Source of the DNA: an uncultured Gammaproteobacteria bacterium
Lineage (GTDB): Bacteria > Patescibacteriota > Microgenomatia > Daviesbacterales > UBA10151
Direction: 5' to 3'
DNA length: 64,000 nt
NCBI GenBank assembly: GCA_964649615.1
Contig: CAZYPW010000003.1
Coordinates: 30,132 to 94,131 of the forward strand
Part shown: positions 57,432 to 64,000 of the stretch, one piece after another
Numbering within the stretch: position 1 is the first letter of the stretch
Layout of the letters: every line of letters begins with the position of its first letter
Made by a program: the position numbers and the translations under genes
The notes under the pieces: model-generated
Databases searched by the model: none
Told to the model about the DNA's origin: nothing
The model's input: the letters and a program-made list of their open reading frames with translations, nothing else

Positions 57432-59047
57432 AAGCAGGGATCTTGCTACCCTTAACAAGGTTTTTTAGTAAAAACTATTTATTTTTCCTAATTTGTTTAT
57501 TGTTTCTTTTAACCAGACTTTTTATGATTTCCGGAATTCCCCCTTCTGTTTATTGGGATGAGGCATCGATAGGATATAATGCGTATTCAATTTTACAAAC
57601 TGGAAAAGATGAATGGGGTGAATTTATGCCCATCCACTTTCGGGCTTTTGGCGAATTTAAGTTGCCTGTTTATATTTATTCAGTAGCAATATTTGAGAAG
57701 ATTTTTGGGTTAAATGAATTGTCAATTCGATTGCCCGCAGTGTTTTTTTCCTTAGCCACTGTAGTTTTAACTTATTTAATAGCTTTAAAATTAATTAACA
57801 AGCAGGCTGCTCTTTTCAGTGCTTTCTTTATGAGCATTTCTCCTTGGTTTTTTATATTTAGTAGAGTTGGTTATGAAATTTCGGCTGGTTTAGCATTCTA
57901 TCTATTAGCAGTTTACTTATTTTTGTACGCATTTAAAAAAAAATATCTATTTATAATAACCACTCTTAGTTTGATCTTAAGCCTATATAGCTATAACAGT
58001 TTTAGGATAATATCAACAGTAACCTTTATAATTTTTATTATAATGCTGCTTCGAAAAAATATTAAAGGCTTCATATTAATTGCATTAATAGCTACTTTAA
58101 TTTTTTTGTCTAGCATGATTCCCATAATTAAGCTATTTATATACGATGCTGGTTTTGGTAGAGCCCAAGCTTTTACTTTATTTCCCACCATACAGCAGGT
58201 TTATGATCTTTCAGGAAAACCCCGCCTTCAATTAATTTTTGACAGGTCACAATCTACTGACTGGAGTAAAAATGTGATGATGATTTTTAAAAACTATCTT
58301 TCTCATTTTAGCCCCCCTTTTCTTTTATTTGAGGGTGATTCTAATCCAAGAAACCAACAGCCTGGGTTTGGTCAAATTTATATTCTGGACCTGATCCTAA
58401 TTATATTTGGAATTTTGTATATTAAATCCTTAAAAAACAAATGGATAAGCTTAATAGTTTTATTGTTACTTTTGGGGTTTATCCCAGCCAGTCTTTTTAA
58501 GGAATCTCCCCATTCTCTGCGTTCTCTTCCGGCACTTCCTTTTCTGATATTAATTATCAGCTGTGGCGCAACTTATTTATCCACTAAATATGCTAAATTG
58601 CCATACATAATAATTACTATCTATAGTGTATTATTTATAGTTTATTTTCAACATTTTATAGGCAGTTATTCCAAAGATACCTCACAGGATTGGCAATATG
58701 GCTATAAAGCTCTTTTTGATGAATATAAAGATAAATTTAAAGATTATGAAAAAGTTGTGATTTCTGATGACTATGCCCAGCCTTATATATTTGTGTTGTA
58801 CTATTTAAAATACCAGCCTAATTCTTATCTAGCTTCTGTTGGATATAACAGCGTGCAGGATTGGGGATTTTCTAAGGTAGAGAAATTTGGTAAGTTTGAA
58901 TTTCAAAAAGAGGAGAATTTAAAAATCTCAAATATGGGTAAAACTTTATTATTTACTACCAAAGATCAAACGGAGTTTTCTAAAGATTTAAAATCAACAG
59001 TAAAATTTCTGGATGATGAAGTTGCTTTTTGGGTATATGAGTTATGA
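57428..59047 (+). CDS. PMT/ArnT-like GT-C glycosyltransferase
   Basis: PPSVYWDE..IGYNAYSILQTGKDEWG, EFKLP, GDSNPR, PHSLR, WQYGYK. Confidence 0.78.
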   Translation: MKAGILLPLTRFFSKNYLFFLICLLFLLTRLFMISGIPPSVYWDEASIGYNAYSILQTGKDEWGEFMPIHFRAFGEFKLPVYIYSVAIFEKIFGLNELSIRLPAVFFSLATVVLTYLIALKLINKQAALFSAFFMSISPWFFIFSRVGYEISAGLAFYLLAVYLFLYAFKKKYLFIITTLSLILSLYSYNSFRIISTVTFIIFIIMLLRKNIKGFILIALIATLIFLSSMIPIIKLFIYDAGFGRAQAFTLFPTIQQVYDLSGKPRLQLIFDRSQSTDWSKNVMMIFKNYLSHFSPPFLLFEGDSNPRNQQPGFGQIYILDLILIIFGILYIKSLKNKWISLIVLLLLLGFIPASLFKESPHSLRSLPALPFLILIISCGATYLSTKYAKLPYIIITIYSVLFIVYFQHFIGSYSKDTSQDWQYGYKALFDEYKDKFKDYEKVVISDDYAQPYIFVLYYLKYQPNSYLASVGYNSVQDWGFSKVEKFGKFEFQKEENLKISNMGKTLLFTTKDQTEFSKDLKSTVKFLDDEVAFWVYEL

Positions 59048-60639
59048 TAAATTTAACCAAGATAATACTAATTATAATAATACTTCTAAGCTTTTTCCTA
59101 AGAGTATATAAATTAGACCAAGTCCCCCCTTCTTTATCTTGGGATGAGGCTGCTGTTGGATATAACGGCTGGACCATTGCAAATTATGGACAAGATGAAT
59201 ATGGAAAATTCTTACCATTTTATTTTAGATCATTTAGAGATGATAAACATCCAGTTCATATTTATGCAACTGCCTTCTCTACCAAAATTCTGGGACTAAA
59301 TGAATTTAGTACCCGCTTACCATCGAGCTTATTTGGAGTATTTAATGTTTTATTAATTTATTTTTTAGCAAAGATTCTTTTTAAAAAAGAGATTATTGGT
59401 TTAGCTGCTGCATTATTTTTAGCAATTTCTCCTTATAATTTACACTTTTCTCATTTTAATCATGAGGTTAATTTTGCCCTCTTTTTCTTTTTATTGGCCT
59501 TAATAATGTTTTACTTATCTTTAACAAAATTTAAGATACTGCTACCAATATCACTTTTAAGTTTTATTATTTGTTTTATAACATATCATCCATCAAAGAT
59601 TCTTGTTCCTATAACATTGTTAACCCTTTTGATTTTATATTTTAAAAATATTCTGAAAAATAGAAAAGGCTTGATAGCTTGTTTGCTGATACTTTTTGTG
59701 TTCTCTTTTATTATCAAAACTAACCCCGAGCTTTTAGGTATAGCCCGTGCATCCCAGAATTCTTTAAGCAGGGAAAAGATTGAAAAAACAAAGTTATTTC
59801 AATTAACAGGTAATGATTTATTAGGAACAGCAAATCTTGTTATAACTCAATATTTCTGGCACTTTTCCCCTAAATATTTGTTCATCCAAGGAGATGAAAA
59901 ACCAAGGCTTTCCTCACAAACAGGTGAGTTTTATCAGATTGATTTAATACTGATTTTAGCAGGAGTTTTATATTTATTTTTTCAAAAATCAAAAGAAGGA
60001 GTGGTCCTGCTTATTTGGTTATTTACTGCTCCACTGCCCTCTAGTTTGGTGAGCGAGGCTCCCCATGCAGCACGCGCCATGTATATGATGGGTAGCTGGC
60101 ATATAATTTCTGCAATAGGGTTTTATTTTATTGTTAACTTATTTAGAAAACTACTAATTAAAGCTTTTGTAATAGTACTAATTACTTTTATTTTAGGTAT
60201 ATCTTTATATAGTTACTTAAATTATTACCACAGCGAATATTCAAAAAGATATGCCATTGAGTGGCAATACGGCATGAAGCAAATTGTTGAGTTTACTAAA
60301 GAACACAAAGAGTATAATTTGGTTTTTATGACTGATATACGCTCTCAACCTTATATTTTTTTCTTATATTATCTTAAAACTCCTTTGCCTGAGTATTTGG
60401 ATAGTGTTATCTACAATAATAATATAGATAATAGGAGCTATAATAATGTGGCCAGTTTTAATGAATTTTCTTTTGGCGGATGGGACCCAACTGAAAGCTT
60501 ACCTAAGGAGGGGGTATTATATGTTGTTAGTCCCAGCCAGTATGATGGATTAAGGTACAAACCATTATTTGATGTTAAGAAGATAATATATTATCCAAAT
60601 GAAACAGAGGCTTTTTACTTAATTAGCATAAAGAAATAA
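59044..60639 (+). CDS. PMT/ArnT-like GT-C glycosyltransferase
   Basis: PPSLSWDE..GYN...G.DEYG, DDKHP, PHAAR, WQYGMK. Confidence 0.78.
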   Translation: MINLTKIILIIIILLSFFLRVYKLDQVPPSLSWDEAAVGYNGWTIANYGQDEYGKFLPFYFRSFRDDKHPVHIYATAFSTKILGLNEFSTRLPSSLFGVFNVLLIYFLAKILFKKEIIGLAAALFLAISPYNLHFSHFNHEVNFALFFFLLALIMFYLSLTKFKILLPISLLSFIICFITYHPSKILVPITLLTLLILYFKNILKNRKGLIACLLILFVFSFIIKTNPELLGIARASQNSLSREKIEKTKLFQLTGNDLLGTANLVITQYFWHFSPKYLFIQGDEKPRLSSQTGEFYQIDLILILAGVLYLFFQKSKEGVVLLIWLFTAPLPSSLVSEAPHAARAMYMMGSWHIISAIGFYFIVNLFRKLLIKAFVIVLITFILGISLYSYLNYYHSEYSKRYAIEWQYGMKQIVEFTKEHKEYNLVFMTDIRSQPYIFFLYYLKTPLPEYLDSVIYNNNIDNRSYNNVASFNEFSFGGWDPTESLPKEGVLYVVSPSQYDGLRYKPLFDVKKIIYYPNETEAFYLISIKK

Positions 60640-60641
60640 AT

Positions 60642-61415
60642 ATGAATCAAAGAGTATCAGTAGTTTTAGCTGTTTTTAATGAAGAGGAAAATTTGAAAGC
60701 TTGTCTTGATTCAGTAAAAGATTTAGCTTGGGAGATTGTGGTAGTAGATGGCGGATCTACTGATAAAACTCTTGAGATTGCAAAAAAATATAACGCTAAA
60801 ATAATTCAAACGACTAACCCTAAAAATTTTCACATAAATAAGAATAAAGCTATAGATAAAGCAATAGAAGATTGGGTTTTACAACTTGATGCAGACGAAG
60901 TAGTGACAGAAGAATTAAAAGAAGAAATCAAAGAAAAGATTGCAAACTCACAAATGAGTGGTTATTGGATTCCAAGAAAGAATTACTTTCTGGATAGATT
61001 TTTAACTAAAGGCGGACAGTACCCTGATTATACTTTAAGACTTTATCGTAGAGGTAAGGGGAGGTTGCCCGCAAAGGATGTACATGAGCAAGCTGAGGTT
61101 GAAGGCAAGATAGAGTATCTAAAGCACGACCTCTTACATATAAGAGATAAAAGCTTTGCTACTTATATACAAAGATTTAATAGATATACAAATCTACTTG
61201 CGCAGCAATTAGAAGATGCAAAAGTTAAAATATATATAATTTCTTTTCTAAATTATATATTAATTATGCCTCTTTTCTGGTTTATTAAAGTCTATTTCCG
61301 CCACAGAGGATATAGTGACGGTTTTTCAGGTTTTGTTTTTGCCCTTTTTTCATCATTAAGATTTTCTATAGCCTATATAAAATTATGGAGTAAATACAAA
61401 AAAGGAGACTTATGA
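60642..61415 (+). CDS. GT2 glycosyltransferase (WaaE/KdtX-like)
   Basis: FNEE, VDGGSTD, LDADE, YPDY..RL, VHE. Confidence 0.82.
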   Translation: MNQRVSVVLAVFNEEENLKACLDSVKDLAWEIVVVDGGSTDKTLEIAKKYNAKIIQTTNPKNFHINKNKAIDKAIEDWVLQLDADEVVTEELKEEIKEKIANSQMSGYWIPRKNYFLDRFLTKGGQYPDYTLRLYRRGKGRLPAKDVHEQAEVEGKIEYLKHDLLHIRDKSFATYIQRFNRYTNLLAQQLEDAKVKIYIISFLNYILIMPLFWFIKVYFRHRGYSDGFSGFVFALFSSLRFSIAYIKLWSKYKKGDL

Positions 61416-62485
61416 AGGTAGGGATTAATACAATACCGTTAAAAACAGCCCATAAATTAAGAGGCGTAGGCTACTATACCCAAAATCTTATCTTATCTTT
61501 AAGGAAAGACCCAAGACTTGAAGTAGTTGAGTTTACAGATTTATCTAAACTAAACAATGTAGATTTAGTGCATTATCCTTGGTTTGATTTTTATTTTCAT
61601 ACCTTGCCAATTAGGAAAAAATTTAAATCTGTGGTAACTATTCATGATACTATTCCTTTAGTTTTTCCTGAGCATTATCCAGTAGGATTAAAAGGAAAGA
61701 TAAATTTTATTTTACAAAAAATATCTTTAAAGAATATCCAAGCAGTAATTACGGATTCAAATTGCTCAAAAAATGATATTATAAAATTTTTAAAATTAAA
61801 GGAAAGCAAAATTTTTTCTATCCCTATTGCTGCTGAAGAAAATTTTAAAATCCTGGATAATATTAAATTAATAAAAGCAAAAAGAAGGCTTAATTTACCA
61901 AACCAATATTTATTATATGTAGGTGATGCTAACTGGGTGAAGAATTTACCCCTTTTGATAGATGGATTCTCCAAAATAATTAAAAAAAATAACTTTAATG
62001 ATTTGAAACTTATATTGGTTGGAGGAGTTTTTTTAAAAAAAGTTGAAAATATTGATCATCCAGAACTGGAAAGTTTAAAAAGAGTAAATAGATTAATTAA
62101 AGAATTAGATTTAGAAGATAAAATTATAAGATGTGGAAATGTGGAGAAAGAAGACTTAGTTGCTATATATAACTTGGCAACAATATATATACAACCATCA
62201 ATTTATGAGGGTTTTGGGCTGCCTGTCCTTGAGGCTTTATCCTGTGGTACTCCAGTGGTATGTTCTAATGGGGGAAGTTTGAAAGAGGTTGGAGGTAATT
62301 CGGTAGTTTATTTTGATCCTAAAAATCTATCGCAGTTTGTAAGTGCATTAGAGCAAGTTTTAAAGGATAAGTCAGTACAAAATAAACTAGCAACATTAGC
62401 TCTTAAGAGAGCATCGCAATTTTCTTGGGATAAAGTAGCCCAGCAGACCAAAAATGTCTACAGCAAGGTATTAAATGAGAAATAA
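61412..62485 (+). CDS. GT4 glycosyltransferase (MtfB-like)
   Basis: GVGYY, TIHD, LYVG, KNL, PSIYEGFGLPVLEA..CGTPV. Confidence 0.88.
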   Translation: MKVGINTIPLKTAHKLRGVGYYTQNLILSLRKDPRLEVVEFTDLSKLNNVDLVHYPWFDFYFHTLPIRKKFKSVVTIHDTIPLVFPEHYPVGLKGKINFILQKISLKNIQAVITDSNCSKNDIIKFLKLKESKIFSIPIAAEENFKILDNIKLIKAKRRLNLPNQYLLYVGDANWVKNLPLLIDGFSKIIKKNNFNDLKLILVGGVFLKKVENIDHPELESLKRVNRLIKELDLEDKIIRCGNVEKEDLVAIYNLATIYIQPSIYEGFGLPVLEALSCGTPVVCSNGGSLKEVGGNSVVYFDPKNLSQFVSALEQVLKDKSVQNKLATLALKRASQFSWDKVAQQTKNVYSKVLNEK

Positions 62486-63641
62486 ATTACTAACCATAAA
62501 TCCAGATTATCTAAAGATCGGACTTCTTTTTATTATATGGAAATCAATTCTTCTGATAGTCTTGTTTCTGTCAATTAGGTTTATCCCCTTAGGTTATACA
62601 GATCGATTCCTAGGTGGGGGGCCAATTTTATTTCATGTTGCCCCAGAGCTTTTTTCCTGGGCAAATTTTGATGGTGAACATTACCTGTCTATCTCCATAT
62701 TTGGATATAAATATTTAGAGCAAGCTTTTTTCCCGACTTTTCCATTTCTTATATCCCTTTTTGCAAAACCTTTTTCTTCGGATTTTGTGTCTCTTTTAGT
62801 TAATTCAGTAGTAGCAGGCCTTATGATCTCAAATATTTCTTTTTTATTATCCTTGATTGTTTTGTATAAGCTTATAACTTTGGATTATCATAAAAAAATT
62901 GCTTTTCTGACAATAATTATAATTCTTGTGTTTCCTGCATCCTTTTATTTTGGTTCCTTATATAATGAATCACTTTTTTTGCTTTTATCCCTTCTTTCTT
63001 TTTATAGCGCCAGAAAAGGTAAATGGTTTTTAGCATCAATTTTTGGAATTATTGCTTCTGCCACTAGAGTATTCGGTTTTTTGCTTTTGCCCGCGCTACT
63101 TTTAGAAGTATTAAATAAAAAGGCGGAATTTAAGAAATGGTTTTGGATTTTATTTATTCCCTTAGGTTTAGCATCCTATATGTTTTATCAACATATAAAT
63201 TTCGGTGATCCGTTGGCATTTTATAATCTACAAACAGTCGTAGGAGAGCAGCATCAACGCGGTATTATTTTGTTACCTCAAGTTTATTATAGATATATCA
63301 AGATGCTGCTTACAGTTGATATGACAAACCCGATATATCAAACAATTGTCTTGGAGTTCTTTATTGGGATATTATTTCTTATCTTACCCATAATAGGTTT
63401 TTTCCAAAAAGTAAGATTTTCCTATTTATTTTATGCATTAGTGGGATTTTTAATGCCTACTGTTCAAGGAAGTTTTTCTTCTATTCCTAGGTATGTTATC
63501 ATTTTTTTCCCAAGTTTTTTAATTTTGTCTTTACTTTTAGTAAAGATTAATATAATTTTAAGGGGAATAATTATTACACTTCTCTCAGTCTTCCTTATAA
63601 TAGAGGCAATGTTATTTTTCAGAGGATATTGGGTAGCATGA
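62475..63641 (+). CDS. PIG-V-like (GT76-type) GT-C mannosyltransferase
   Basis: NFDGEHY.SI...GY, AFFP.FP, Y.ESLFL, ATR..G, SS.PRY. Confidence 0.72.
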   Translation: MRNKLLTINPDYLKIGLLFIIWKSILLIVLFLSIRFIPLGYTDRFLGGGPILFHVAPELFSWANFDGEHYLSISIFGYKYLEQAFFPTFPFLISLFAKPFSSDFVSLLVNSVVAGLMISNISFLLSLIVLYKLITLDYHKKIAFLTIIIILVFPASFYFGSLYNESLFLLLSLLSFYSARKGKWFLASIFGIIASATRVFGFLLLPALLLEVLNKKAEFKKWFWILFIPLGLASYMFYQHINFGDPLAFYNLQTVVGEQHQRGIILLPQVYYRYIKMLLTVDMTNPIYQTIVLEFFIGILFLILPIIGFFQKVRFSYLFYALVGFLMPTVQGSFSSIPRYVIIFFPSFLILSLLLVKINIILRGIIITLLSVFLIIEAMLFFRGYWVA

Positions 63642-64000
63642 AAAAATATTTAAAAGAAGTTATCAGGCACCCGCTCTTTTCAGGCAGTGCCATAATGGTT
63701 TTAGGAAGTAATAGCGTTAATGCTCTTAATTATTTATACCATTTAATAATGGGTAGATTATTAGGTCCTGCAAATTATGGAGAGTTAGCAGCACTTCTTT
63801 CAATTATTGGATTAATAGGGATAATTCCTGGATCAATAAATTTAGTATTTATAAAGTATATTTCAGCTACTAAAACAGAAGAAAGATTAATTAATTTAGT
63901 TAATTGGTTAAAAAAGAGACTTTTTAAAGCATCCTTAATTTTTTCTCTGATTATCGTAATAGCCTCACCTTCTATTGCTTCATTTTTACACATAGAGAAA
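63638..64000 (+). CDS. Wzx-family flippase, N-terminal part, runs off the window; not in the ORF track
   Basis: MKKYLKEVIRHPLFSGSAIMVLGSNSVNALNYLYHLIMGRLLGPANYGELAALLS...; ATGA overlap with the previous gene. Confidence 0.78.
   Translation, partial: MKKYLKEVIRHPLFSGSAIMVLGSNSVNALNYLYHLIMGRLLGPANYGELAALLSIIGLIGIIPGSINLVFIKYISATKTEERLINLVNWLKKRLFKASLIFSLIIVIASPSIASFLHIEK

Noticed and set aside
55782-59047. Shared DNA stretch (aatgc.tattc.atttt.caaactggaaaagatga.tgg) between adjacent GT-C genes as a diversity-generating retroelement repeat
   Set aside because: Differences are at synonymous positions of a conserved protein motif rather than adenine-specific, and no reverse transcriptase is present.
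309-63993. Many short ORFs of 60-150 aa antisense to or nested in long genes (e.g. 309-602, 8057-8383, 22136-22585, 47105-47440, 63775-63993)
   Set aside because: They are shadows of well-supported genes and show no recognisable motifs.

Overview
AT-rich bacterial chromosome segment. Gene content and style (minimal TsaB, prfB without a frameshift, many start codons without a Shine-Dalgarno, large glycosyltransferase expansion) suggest a Patescibacteria/CPR (Microgenomates-like) genome; this is inference. Most of the window is a surface-glycosylation region with about 21 polytopic GT-C-type membrane proteins in at least 7 subfamilies, three polyprenol-phosphate-sugar synthase-like GT2s, other GT2/GT4 enzymes, two Wzx flippases, and galE, rfbA/B/C and gmd. 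Housekeeping genes are tsaE, tsaB, prfB, and ftsE/ftsX next to a coiled-coil M23 peptidase whose catalytic domain is circularly permuted. A defence islet at about 21.8-27.0 kb has a LexA-like repressor with a palindromic operator inside its promoter, a fused endonuclease-methyltransferase, a NYN ribonuclease gene and a specificity subunit. Facing the NYN gene is a separate near-consensus promoter that would produce a ~57-nt terminated hairpin RNA, a candidate RNase/small-RNA module and the best novel-system candidate here. Non-coding features include a stack of unrelated palindromes upstream of prfB, a 16-bp palindrome also found in frame inside rfbB, and a gene-less IS200/IS605-like mini-element. 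No rRNA, tRNA or CRISPR array was seen.
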